Shown here: in pieces, positions 1-7,986 of the stretch
Numbering within the stretch: the first letter of the stretch is position 1
Layout of the letters: each line of letters begins with the position of its first letter
Assembly: GCA_050012475.1 (NCBI GenBank)
Contig: JBEKHC010000093.1
Location: 1 to 19,603 of the forward strand
Length of the DNA: 19,603 bases
Origin: Candidatus Velthaea sp.
GTDB taxonomy: Bacteria; Vulcanimicrobiota; Vulcanimicrobiia; Vulcanimicrobiales; Vulcanimicrobiaceae
Direction of reading: 5' to 3'
Position numbers and translations under genes: made by a program
The notes under the pieces: model-generated
What the model was told of the DNA's origin: nothing
The model's database searches: none
The model's input: the letters and a program-made list of their open reading frames with translations, nothing else

Positions 1-1288
1 CATTGTAAAGCGAGACGAAATTAGTGATCGCGTTGATCGCCGGCGAGGTGTTCTGAGCAACAGTGACCGTGACCGGGACGTTCGTCGTTCCGGTGACGTT
101 GACCGCCATTCCCGGACTCGCACCCGCGACGGACTCCGAGTTGCTGTACACCGTATGCAAAGCGCCGCTGTTCGTCAGGACGCTGACGTACGCTTGTTGG
201 CCGACGACACTCGTCGCGCCGGTGGCGCTGGTGAGTGCCGCCGCCTTGAGGAAGTTGCTCGTGTCGCTGGATGAACCGATGACGATGCTTTGCGGGCCGG
301 TCGCCGTGTTCGACAACGAAAAGGTTCCGGTCGTCAGATCGTATGATGCGACGACACCGGCAGTCGAGCTGTTGATCTTGCTCAGAACGCTGGCGACGTT
401 GTCGTCGGACGCGTTGACGGAAATCTGCACGCCGTTGATCGTGAAGGTCCCGCTGGTGACCGCGGTCGCAAAGCCGGCGTTTCCGGCCGAGGAGAGCGTT
501 TTGGCCTCGTTGATTCCGCCGATCGGTCCTGCGCTCGTCACCGAATACGGCGGCCCGTCGTTATACACTTGGGCCGTGTCGAGTTTGAGCACTTGTTCGA
601 GGTTGCCGTTGTCGCTCGCCGACCCCAGCGAGATCTGTTGGTCCGTACTGGAAAGCTCAACCGTGCCGCTCGGGCTGACGGTGATGCTGAAGCCGGCGTC
701 GACGGCTTGAACGGAAGCGTAAATGTGGGCGACGATCGCATTGAGGGATTGCGACGTCACATCGTAGTTGATCGCGACGCCGTCAACGGTGATCTGGCCT
801 TGCTGTCCGTTCGTTCCGTTGGTCGGCGTGATGGCGGTGCTCGCGCACATGAGCGGGATGTTTGCGTTCACCGTAACACCGGCCATGGAGGCGCCGGTTA
901 TTTGTGTCGACGTCGCAACTTGCGTGGACGTAATGGTATACGATCCGGGCACCGCGTTGCCGCCCGTAATCTGGCTAATGCTGGTATCGGTCGGATCGGT
1001 CGTGGTGCCGCTAAACGAATTGAACGTCGCCGGATCGGACAATGCGCCCAGCGCGCCTTGGACCGAGGCCAGCATCGAATTGATTTTTATGAGCTCGGCA
1101 TTCTTCGCGTTGAGTTGCGTGATCTGGTTGTTGTACTGCGTGTTGGGTGCGAGCGTCAGCGAGGTGAGCTTCGTAATGATCGAATTGTAGTCGATGCCCG
1201 ACGCGATGCCCGGAAACGTGATCGGGGCCAGGTCGGTGCCGACCGTCGAGGTGCTGCCGGTACTCGATGCCCCAGAAATGCCGCTCAT
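1..1288 (-). CDS. fliD: Flagellar filament cap protein FliD (HAP2), 5' part; runs off the left end of the window
   Basis: Not in the ORF track because there is no stop in the window. My translation from ATG 1288 gives MSGISGASSTGSTSTVGTDLAPITFPGIASGIDYNSIITKL..., the FliD N-terminal 'GlaSGlD' motif. The window edge reads ...NTSPAINAITNFVSLYN, the FliD C-terminal 'FV..YN' motif. It lies downstream of the flagellins. Confidence 0.92.
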   Translation of the reverse strand, partial: MSGISGASSTGSTSTVGTDLAPITFPGIASGIDYNSIITKLTSLTLAPNTQYNNQITQLNAKNAELIKINSMLASVQGALGALSDPATFNSFSGTTTDPTDTSISQITGGNAVPGSYTITSTQVATSTQITGASMAGVTVNANIPLMCASTAITPTNGTNGQQGQITVDGVAINYDVTSQSLNAIVAHIYASVQAVDAGFSITVSPSGTVELSSTDQQISLGSASDNGNLEQVLKLDTAQVYNDGPPYSVTSAGPIGGINEAKTLSSAGNAGFATAVTSGTFTINGVQISVNASDDNVASVLSKINSSTAGVVASYDLTTGTFSLSNTATGPQSIVIGSSSDTSNFLKAAALTSATGATSVVGQQAYVSVLTNSGALHTVYSNSESVAGASPGMAVNVTGTTNVPVTVTVAQNTSPAINAITNFVSLYN

Positions 1289-1298
1289 GCCATTCGTC

Positions 1299-1309
1299 CA
1301 ATCCTGTCG
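1299..1309 (-). promoter_or_regulatory. Putative CsrA-binding site near the fliD ribosome-binding region
   Basis: Minus strand CGACAGGATTG puts AGGA in a small potential hairpin (CGA/TTG), 13 nt upstream of the ATG. Confidence 0.4.
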
Positions 1310-1336
1310 AGGTTTACGATGAGACCCTCTTTGTGA

Positions 1337-1364
1337 TCATCGGCACGCTCGGTTGAGAGCTTGA
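1337..1364 (-). promoter_or_regulatory. sigma28 (FliA/SigD)-type promoter of fliD
   Basis: Minus strand TCAA-N16-GCCGATGA versus consensus TAAA-N15/16-GCCGATAA; about 50 nt upstream of the fliD ATG. Confidence 0.75.
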
Positions 1365-1369
1365 GCGCT

Positions 1370-3463
1370 TCATGCGAACGCCAGGGCACTTTCGGCGACG
1401 GCTTGGGCCTCGGCATACCGGCCCTTGCGCAGAAGCCAGGTCGCGAGTTCCGCCGCGACGCGCGCGTCGCCGAGATCCAGCGCCGCCCGGAGCGTCGCTT
1501 CGGCTTGGGCGTCCCAACCTAACGCGTCGGCCAGCCGGAAGCGGTGGATGCGGGCGTCGATTTCCTTGGGCGCGAGCGCGATCACGACGTCGAGCTGCTC
1601 GATCCCAGCCGTAGGCCGGCCGAGGTCGCCGAGCACGATGCCGCGTAGGAACGTTGCGCGCAAACCGATGTCTCCATCACTGCCGGCGCGCTCGAGTTCG
1701 GCAAGCGCGGCTTCCTTGTTCCCCGTCTGGACCAGAACGGCGCCGAGGTTGTACCGCAGGGCAACGTCGTCCGGCGCAATCGCGAGCCCGGCACGAACCA
1801 CCGCTTCTGCTTCCGCGAATCGGCCCAGGCTCAAGAACCGCGAGGCGCGGCGAGCATAATCCGGCGCGAGCGTGAGGGGCGCGTCCAACTCCGCGGCATG
1901 CAAACGTTCGATCGCGGCGAGATCGCCGCGCGCGCGGTACGCACTTTCCAGCGCTTCTAGGGCATCGGCTGCGCCGGGGTGGGCGGCAACGGCGCGTTCC
2001 AAGAGTTGCTGTGAATCGGCAATGACTGCATGACTCGCAAATTTTGCTGCGGTCACCAACAGCGAGGCCCGGGTGCGCGCTGTCACCTGCTCGAGCACGC
2101 GTTCGATCATGGCGTACGCTTCGATGAGGTCGTCGCGCCGCAACAGGAAATTGATATAGTCGACGCTATGCGCGTCACCCGGCTCGTCGTCGGCAAGTTT
2201 ACGAAACATTGCCGCGGCCTCCTCGTAACGTCCCAGCCGTTCAAGCGCTTTGGCCCGGTTCATGCGGACGGGGATGACGAGCGGCCGGTTTTGGAGCGCC
2301 CGATCGAACCACTCGAGCGCGGCAAGATCGTTGCCTTCGTTGCCGTACGTCGCGCCGATTTCCGAGTGCGCCTTCCAGGTCGAAACCTCGTCGTCGACGA
2401 TGAATTGACGCGCCGCGTGCGCGGCATCCGCAATCGCAGCCTCGAACGCCGCCCGTGCTTCCGCGAAGCGCTTCTGCTTGGCCAGCGCGCGGCCGAGCGA
2501 GAAGTGGGCATTGGCGAAATGCGGTGCCTTGCGCAAGCTTTCGTTGGCCGCCTCGATTGCCCGTTCGTACTGGCTCGTATCCGTGTACAGATCCGCCAGC
2601 TGGGCGAGCGCGTTTGGAATGAAGCCGCGCTGTGTCTCGCCGACCATGATCCGCATGCGCTCGAAGGCAGCGATGGCGCCGTCGACGTCTCCGCACAGCA
2701 GCGAGGTCGTGCCGAGGTTATACCAGTTGAACGGCTCCTCCGGAGCGTTCGCGGTCGCGGTTTTCACCAGCGCGAGGTTGCGCTCGGACTTCTTTCGATC
2801 TTTGACGATCTCGCTCAGATAGCCGTAATGGGTGATCGATAACGCGCTCATCCGGGCGTCGAGTCCCGTGGGCTTTCCGTCGAGGGTGATGAATTCGTGC
2901 ACCGGCGACACATAACGGATGCGCGGACTATTGGGAAAGAAACGCACGAGGGCGTGGCTCGAAACGCCGGTTCCCTTGTAGTCGTCCGAGAGATTGTTGC
3001 AGCGGACCCACAGTCCGGTCAAATCCGCCGGCACGTTCCGCAGCGATTGCAGCACTTCACGCGATTGGGCGTCGAGTTCTTCGTCCGCATCGAGGACGAG
3101 GATCCAGCGCTTCGTCGCCAGCGCCAGCGCCTCGTTGCGGGCCCAGGCAAAATCATCGCGCCACGGACGGTGCACGACCTGCGCACCGAACCGTGCCGCG
3201 ATCTCGAGCGTCGCGTCCGTCGAGCCCGTATCGACGAGGCAGATCTCGTCGACGAACGGCGCGGCGCTGCGCAGGCAGCCTTCGAGAAAACGCTCCTCGT
3301 TCTTCACGATCATGCACAGGCTGATGCCCGCGGGGCGTTGCGATGTTCGCGGGGCCGGCGCCGGCAAGCCGAAAGCCGACCCGGGTGCCGGTGCCCCAGC
3401 GGGTCGCGCTGCTCCTTTGGGCGCGGCGGAGCGGCCGTTGGAACGGACATAGAGCGGAGCCAT
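1370..3463 (-). CDS. GT2-family glycosyltransferase with long TPR region, probable flagellin glycosyltransferase
   Basis: GT2 signatures ISLCMIVKNEE, VDTGSTD, WRDDFAWARN and LDADE are followed by many TPR-like helices. It sits between the flagellins and fliD. ATG 3463 is preferred over the track's TTG 3493, which lies inside the flagellin terminator; the start remains uncertain. Confidence 0.85.
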   Translation of the reverse strand: MAPLYVRSNGRSAAPKGAARPAGAPAPGSAFGLPAPAPRTSQRPAGISLCMIVKNEERFLEGCLRSAAPFVDEICLVDTGSTDATLEIAARFGAQVVHRPWRDDFAWARNEALALATKRWILVLDADEELDAQSREVLQSLRNVPADLTGLWVRCNNLSDDYKGTGVSSHALVRFFPNSPRIRYVSPVHEFITLDGKPTGLDARMSALSITHYGYLSEIVKDRKKSERNLALVKTATANAPEEPFNWYNLGTTSLLCGDVDGAIAAFERMRIMVGETQRGFIPNALAQLADLYTDTSQYERAIEAANESLRKAPHFANAHFSLGRALAKQKRFAEARAAFEAAIADAAHAARQFIVDDEVSTWKAHSEIGATYGNEGNDLAALEWFDRALQNRPLVIPVRMNRAKALERLGRYEEAAAMFRKLADDEPGDAHSVDYINFLLRRDDLIEAYAMIERVLEQVTARTRASLLVTAAKFASHAVIADSQQLLERAVAAHPGAADALEALESAYRARGDLAAIERLHAAELDAPLTLAPDYARRASRFLSLGRFAEAEAVVRAGLAIAPDDVALRYNLGAVLVQTGNKEAALAELERAGSDGDIGLRATFLRGIVLGDLGRPTAGIEQLDVVIALAPKEIDARIHRFRLADALGWDAQAEATLRAALDLGDARVAAELATWLLRKGRYAEAQAVAESALAFA

Positions 3464-3491
3464 ACGTACCAGTCTTCGGTACGATCCGTTC

Positions 3492-3523
3492 AAAAAAGAA
3501 GGCCCGCCGAAGCGAGCCTTCTT
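3492..3523 (-). terminator. Intrinsic terminator after flagellin copy 3
   Basis: AAGAAGGCTCGC-TTCG-GCGGGCCTTCTT followed by TTTT; 12-bp stem with a C(UUCG)G tetraloop. Confidence 0.9.
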
Positions 3524-3546
3524 CCTTCGTTACCCGAAGCGAACGA

Positions 3547-4830
3547 CTACTGGAACAGGCGTTCGACGGATTGGGCGTTGTTGTTGGATTGGAGCAAAAC
3601 CGAGGTACCGACGGAAATGAGGATCTGATCGGCGGTATACTTGGTCGTTTCCGCGCTGACGTTGAGGTCGCGGATGTTGGACTCCGAGGCCTGCAGGTTG
3701 TTCGCAGCGACGCTGTCGTTGCTGGAGTCTTCCTGCAGCCGAACGGTGACGGCACCGAGGTTCGCACGTTCCGTCAACAGCGTCGACAGCGCGTTGTCGA
3801 TCTGACCGATCGCGTCTTGTGCGCCGATCGAACCGCCCGTGGAGGTCGACACGAGGAGGTTGATATTGGAAATCCGCAGCGTCGCGCTGTTGCTTGCTTG
3901 GATGCCCATTTGGATCGTCGAACCTTCGCTCGAGCCCGACTGGAAGCTGAACGCCGGCCCAGCAGCACTCGATACGAGCGGCACGTTCTGCGAGACCTTG
4001 ATGTACGAGGTCACGCCGACGTCGGCCGTCGTGAAGTTGCCGGTCGTGATCGTAACGCTATCGAAGATCGACGACGAGGCGTTGGCGCTGAGCAGGGTCG
4101 TCGCTACCGACGAACCGTACGCGGCGCTGTTCGACGCAACGAACGTTTCCTGCACAGCGATCGACGTGCCGGTGTTGATCACTTGCAGTTGAATGGTGCC
4201 ATCGACGGCGCCGGTGCCCATCGTGCCCGAAACGGCGCCGGTGATGCCTTGGGCACCAGCTGTCGACGTTTGGAAACCGGTTCCGCCGACGACCGACGCC
4301 ACCAGCAAGCCGCTGCTAACACCGGCCGCCGATGTCGTCGCTGCCGCCAACGACGCGTTCGAAGTGATCGTCGTGAATGCCTGAACCGTGGGTTGGAAGC
4401 CGGAGTGGCTTCCGTCGAGCAGCGACGACCCGTTGAAGTTCGTGTTTTGCGAGATCGTGTTGACTTCTTGCAGCAACTGCGTGACTTCCGTCTGCAGGTT
4501 GGCTTTGTCGCTCTGGGTATTGGTGTCCGAGCTGGCTTCCACGGCCAAGCTGCGAATGCGCTGCAGAATGTCAGTCGTCGTCTGGAGTGCGCCGTCGGCA
4601 GTGGTCGCGGCGTTGGTCGCGTCCTGGACGTTGCTCACGGCTTGATCGAAGCCGTTGACTTGGGATTGCAGCTGTTCGGCGATCGCGAGACCCGACGGAT
4701 CGTCCGCCGCAGTGTTGATGCGAAGACCGCTGGAAAGCTTCGTGACCGAGTCCTGCATCGCGGCCTGGTTTTTGCTGAGGTTGAGTTGCGCGGTACCGGC
4801 CAACAAGTTGTTGACAAGGCTGATGGACAT
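3547..4830 (-). CDS. fliC: Flagellin, copy 3 (427 aa)
   Basis: N-terminal KLSSGLRINTAADDPSGLAIAE and QRIRSLAV; C-terminal ERANLGAVTVRL and ESNIRDLNV; SD GGAGG upstream. Confidence 0.97.
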   Translation of the reverse strand: MSISLVNNLLAGTAQLNLSKNQAAMQDSVTKLSSGLRINTAADDPSGLAIAEQLQSQVNGFDQAVSNVQDATNAATTADGALQTTTDILQRIRSLAVEASSDTNTQSDKANLQTEVTQLLQEVNTISQNTNFNGSSLLDGSHSGFQPTVQAFTTITSNASLAAATTSAAGVSSGLLVASVVGGTGFQTSTAGAQGITGAVSGTMGTGAVDGTIQLQVINTGTSIAVQETFVASNSAAYGSSVATTLLSANASSSIFDSVTITTGNFTTADVGVTSYIKVSQNVPLVSSAAGPAFSFQSGSSEGSTIQMGIQASNSATLRISNINLLVSTSTGGSIGAQDAIGQIDNALSTLLTERANLGAVTVRLQEDSSNDSVAANNLQASESNIRDLNVSAETTKYTADQILISVGTSVLLQSNNNAQSVERLFQ

Positions 4831-4896
4831 TTAGGGATTTCCTCCATGAACGTTGCGCGGGCGCGCAACGGGATCCGAAGCCGTCATGGCCTCTTC
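4831..4896 (-). promoter_or_regulatory. Structured flagellin 5' leader (two hairpins plus CsrA-type site on the SD), copy 3
   Basis: GAGGCC-ATGAC-GGCTTC hairpin, GGATCC linker, CGTTGCGC-GCCC-GCGCAACG hairpin, then TTC-ATGGAG-GAA overlapping the SD. Confidence 0.7.
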
Positions 4897-4902
4897 TTAA
4901 CG

Positions 4903-4929
4903 GTATCGGTTGCTCTGCTCAATTGTTTA
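4903..4929 (-). promoter_or_regulatory. sigma28-type promoter of flagellin copy 3
   Basis: TAAA-N15-ACCGATAC. Confidence 0.85.
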
Positions 4930-4999
4930 GGCTTCGTCCTGGTTTGTCCGGCGTGCGTTCCGATCGGCCGATTGGCGGCCGACCGACCGCCCCACTTCG

Positions 5000-5035
5000 A
5001 AAATGAGCAAGGCCCGCTTGAAGCGAGCCTTGCTC
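5000..5035 (-). terminator. Intrinsic terminator after flagellin copy 2
   Basis: GAGCAAGGCTCGC-TTCAA-GCGGGCCTTGCTC followed by ATTTT; same AAGGCTCGC/GCGGGCCTT core as the other two. Confidence 0.8.
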
Positions 5036-5055
5036 TCGGGAACCGGAGCTTACGA

Positions 5056-6339
5056 TTACTGGAAGAGACGTTCCACGGATTGCGCGTTGTTGTTTGACTG
5101 CAGCAACACCGAGGTACCGACGGAGATCAAGATCTGATCGGCGGTATACTTCGTGGTTTCCGCGCTGACGTTGAGGTCGCGGATATTGGATTCTGAGGCC
5201 TGCAGGTTGTTCGCGGCGACACTGTCGTTGCTGGAGTCTTCCTGCAACCGGACGGTGACGGCACCCAGGTTCGCGCGCTCGGTCAGGAGCGTCGTGAGTG
5301 CGTTGTCGATCTGACCGATCGCATCTTCCGCGCCGATCGAGGCGCCCGACGATGTGGAGATTAGCAGGTTGATGTTCGAGATCCGCAGCGTCGCGCTGTT
5401 CGTCGCCTGAATGCCGAGTTGAATGGTCGAACCTTCATCGGCGCCCGACTGGAAGCTGAACGCCGGTCCGGCAGCACTCGATACCAGCGGCACGTTCTGC
5501 GAGACCTTGATATAGGAGGTCACGCCGACGTCGGCCGTCGTGAAGTTGCCCGTCGTGATCGTGACGCTGTCGAAGATCGTCGACGACGCGTTGGCACTGA
5601 GCAAAGTCGAAGCAACCGATGAACCATACGCTGCAGTATTCGATGCGACGAACGTTTCCTGGACGGCGATCGACGTACCAGTGTTGATGACCTGAAGCTG
5701 AATGGTGCCGTCGACGGCACCCGTTCCCATTGTGCCGGAGACCGCGCCGGTGATGCCTTGGGCACCGGCTGTCGAGGTTTGGAAGCCGGTTCCGCCGACG
5801 ACCGAGGCCACCAGCAAACCGCTGCTGACACCGGCTGCCGATGCCGTGGCTGCCGCCAACGACGCATTTGATGTCACGGTCGTGAACGCCGCAACCATCG
5901 GCTGGAAGCCGGCGTGGCTGCCGTCGAGCAGCGACGATCCGTTGAAGTTTGTGTTCTGCGAGATCGTGTTGACTTCTTGCAACAGCTGCGTGACTTCCGT
6001 CTGCAAATTCTGCTTGTCGCTGACGGTATTCGTGTCGGAGCTGGCTTCGACGGCCAGGCTGCGGATGCGCTGCAAGATGTCGGTCGTCGTCTGAAGCGCG
6101 CCGTCCGCCGTCGTCGCCGCGTTGGTGGCGTCCTGGACGTTGCTCACAGCTTGGTCGAAACCGTTAACCTGGGACTGCAGCTGCTCCGCGATGGCAAGAC
6201 CTGACGGATCGTCCGCCGCGGTGTTGATGCGCAGACCGCTCGAGAGCTTCGTCACCGAGTCCTGCATCGCAGCTTGGTTTTTGCTGAGGTTGAGTTGCGC
6301 GGTACCGGCCAACAAGTTGTTGACAAGGCTGATAGACAT
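5056..6339 (-). CDS. fliC: Flagellin, copy 2 (427 aa)
   Basis: Same flagellin N- and C-terminal motifs; highly similar to copies 1 and 3. Confidence 0.97.
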   Translation of the reverse strand: MSISLVNNLLAGTAQLNLSKNQAAMQDSVTKLSSGLRINTAADDPSGLAIAEQLQSQVNGFDQAVSNVQDATNAATTADGALQTTTDILQRIRSLAVEASSDTNTVSDKQNLQTEVTQLLQEVNTISQNTNFNGSSLLDGSHAGFQPMVAAFTTVTSNASLAAATASAAGVSSGLLVASVVGGTGFQTSTAGAQGITGAVSGTMGTGAVDGTIQLQVINTGTSIAVQETFVASNTAAYGSSVASTLLSANASSTIFDSVTITTGNFTTADVGVTSYIKVSQNVPLVSSAAGPAFSFQSGADEGSTIQLGIQATNSATLRISNINLLISTSSGASIGAEDAIGQIDNALTTLLTERANLGAVTVRLQEDSSNDSVAANNLQASESNIRDLNVSAETTKYTADQILISVGTSVLLQSNNNAQSVERLFQ

Positions 6340-6406
6340 TTCGGGGCTGTCCTCCGTGAACGCTACGCAAATGTGTAGCGGGGATCCGAGGCCATCATGG
6401 CCTCTG
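6340..6406 (-). promoter_or_regulatory. Structured flagellin 5' leader, copy 2
   Basis: GAGGCC-ATGAT-GGCCTC hairpin, GGATCCC linker, CGCTACAC-ATTT-GCGTAGCG hairpin (one A.C mismatch), then TTCACGGAGGAC. Confidence 0.7.
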
Positions 6407-6412
6407 CCCGTA

Positions 6413-6439
6413 CTATCGGTTGCCTATCCCCCCGGTTTA
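6413..6439 (-). promoter_or_regulatory. sigma28-type promoter of flagellin copy 2
   Basis: TAAA-N15-ACCGATAG. Confidence 0.85.
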
Positions 6440-6511
6440 GCGTCACACAGACGCTTCCGTCGTACCTACGAACGACCTTATCCGAACGCGTGTCAAAGCT
6501 TGCCAGAAAAC

Positions 6512-6542
6512 GAAAAAAGGCCCGCCGGAGCGAGCCTTCTTC
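6512..6542 (-). terminator. Intrinsic terminator after flagellin copy 1
   Basis: GAAGAAGGCTCGC-TCCG-GCGGGCCTTTTTTC; stem plus U tract. Confidence 0.88.
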
Positions 6543-6561
6543 ATCCGAACCAGAATCGAGA

Positions 6562-7848
6562 TTACTGGAACAGTTTTTCCACGGATTGTGCGTTGTTGTT
6601 GGACTGCAGCAACACCGAGGTACCGACCGAGATCAGAATCTGATCGGCGGTGTATTTGGTGGTTTCCGCGCTGACGTTGAGGTCGCGGATGTTGGATTCC
6701 GAGGCCTGCAGGTTGTTGGCGGCGATACTGTCGTTGCTGGAGTCTTCCTGCAGCCGAACGGTGACCGCCCCGAGGTTCGCGCGCTCGGTCAGGAGCGTCG
6801 TGAGCGCGTTGTCGATTTGCCCGATCGCATCTTCGGCACCGATCGAGCCGCCGGTGGTGGTGGAGATGAGCAGGTTGATGTTCGAGATTCGCAGGGTCGC
6901 ACTGTTGGTCGCCTGGATGCCCATTTGAATCGTCGAGCCTTCATCGGCGCCCGACTGGAAGCTGAACGCCGGACCGGCCGAGCTCGAGACCAGCGGCACG
7001 TTCTGCGAGACCTTGATGTACGAAGTCACGCCGACGTCGGCGGTGGTGAAGTTACCCGTCGTGATCGTGACGCTGTCGAAGACCGTGGTGGTCGAGTTGG
7101 CACCAAGCAATTGCGTTGCAATCGATGAACCATACGCTGCGGTGTTCGAGGCGACGAATGTTTCCTGAACCGCGATCGAGGTACCGGTGTTGATGACTTG
7201 GAGCTGGATGGTGCCGTCGACCGCACCGGTGCCCATCGTGCCCGAGACGGCGCCGGTGAGACCTTGAGCGCCGGCCGTCGATGTCTGGAAGCCGGTACCG
7301 CCCACGACCGAAGCGACCAGCAAGCCGCTGTTGACGCCGCTCGTGGCCGAAGTCGTCGCCGCCGCCAACGATGCGTTGGAAGTAATCGTCGTGAACGCCG
7401 CCACCATCGGCTGGAAGCCGGCGTGGCTGCCGTCGAGCAGTGACGACCCGTTGAAGTTCGTGTTTTGCGAGATCGTGTTGACTTCTTGCAGCAACTGCGT
7501 GACTTCGGTCTGCAGGTTCTGCTTGTCGCTGACGGTATTCGTGTCCGAGCTGGCTTCCACGGCCAAGCTGCGAATGCGCTGCAGAATGTCGGTCGTGGTT
7601 TGGAGCGCGCCGTCGGCAGTCGTCGCCGCGTTGGTTGCGTCCTGGACGTTGCTTACGGCTTGATCGAAGCCGTTGACCTGGGACTGCAGCTGTTCGGCAA
7701 TCGCGAGACCTGACGGATCGTCCGCCGCGGTGTTGATGCGCAGACCGCTCGAAAGTTTCGTGACCGAGTCCTGCATCGCCGCTTGGTTTTTGCTGAGGTT
7801 GAGTTGCGCGGTACCGGCCAACAGGTTGTTGACGAGACTGATTGCCAT
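6562..7848 (-). CDS. fliC: Flagellin, copy 1 (428 aa)
   Basis: Same flagellin motifs; directly downstream of fliW-csrA, as in the Firmicutes hag locus. Confidence 0.97.
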   Translation of the reverse strand: MAISLVNNLLAGTAQLNLSKNQAAMQDSVTKLSSGLRINTAADDPSGLAIAEQLQSQVNGFDQAVSNVQDATNAATTADGALQTTTDILQRIRSLAVEASSDTNTVSDKQNLQTEVTQLLQEVNTISQNTNFNGSSLLDGSHAGFQPMVAAFTTITSNASLAAATTSATSGVNSGLLVASVVGGTGFQTSTAGAQGLTGAVSGTMGTGAVDGTIQLQVINTGTSIAVQETFVASNTAAYGSSIATQLLGANSTTTVFDSVTITTGNFTTADVGVTSYIKVSQNVPLVSSSAGPAFSFQSGADEGSTIQMGIQATNSATLRISNINLLISTTTGGSIGAEDAIGQIDNALTTLLTERANLGAVTVRLQEDSSNDSIAANNLQASESNIRDLNVSAETTKYTADQILISVGTSVLLQSNNNAQSVEKLFQ

Positions 7849-7915
7849 TTGGGGTTTCCTCCGTGAACGTTACGCAGCGTGCGCAACGGGATCCGAGGCC
7901 TTCATGGCCTCTCTG
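7849..7915 (-). promoter_or_regulatory. Structured flagellin 5' leader, copy 1
   Basis: GAGGCC-ATGAA-GGCCTC hairpin, GGATCC linker, CGTTGCGC-ACGCT-GCGTAACG hairpin, then TTC-ACGGAG-GAA overlapping the SD. Confidence 0.7.
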
Positions 7916-7921
7916 GACAAC

Positions 7922-7949
7922 GTATCGTCCGTCGTGGGCAAGAACTTTA
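7922..7949 (-). promoter_or_regulatory. sigma28-type promoter of flagellin copy 1
   Basis: TAAA(GTT)-N16-GACGATAC, in the same position relative to the leader as in copies 2 and 3. Confidence 0.78.
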
Positions 7950-7986
7950 GTGCTCGCGCCGACCTCGCCGATATAAATGTTAGCGC

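Larger units (their letters stand above)
3492..7949 (-). repeat. Tandem triplication of a ~1.5-kb promoter-leader-flagellin-terminator unit
   Basis: Start codons at 4830, 6339 and 7848 (1509-bp spacing); homologous promoters, leaders and terminators in each unit. Confidence 0.9.

Noticed and set aside
63..1336. Plus-strand ORFs 63-710, 569-1336 and 768-1190
   Set aside because: Antisense to fliD, which the track missed because it runs off the window.
3464..3499. sigma28-like -10 (ACCGAAGA) and a CGTACC/GGTACG inverted repeat before the glycosyltransferase ATG
   Set aside because: No TAAA-like -35 at the right spacing (TCTT) and the repeat is short; too weak to call.
4951..4992. CCGA-rich micro-repeats and short palindromes between terminator 2 and promoter 3
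   Set aside because: Short, irregular, not shared with the other spacer, and compatible with high-GC background.
6427..6433. Short C/G homopolymer in the flagellin-2 promoter spacer as a phase-variation tract
   Set aside because: Only 6 nt, too short to imply slipped-strand switching.
3492..6542. Repeated hairpins after the flagellins as REP, CRISPR or mobile-element repeats
   Set aside because: They are homologous terminators from the gene triplication; no spacer array, cas gene, transposase or recombinase is present in the window.
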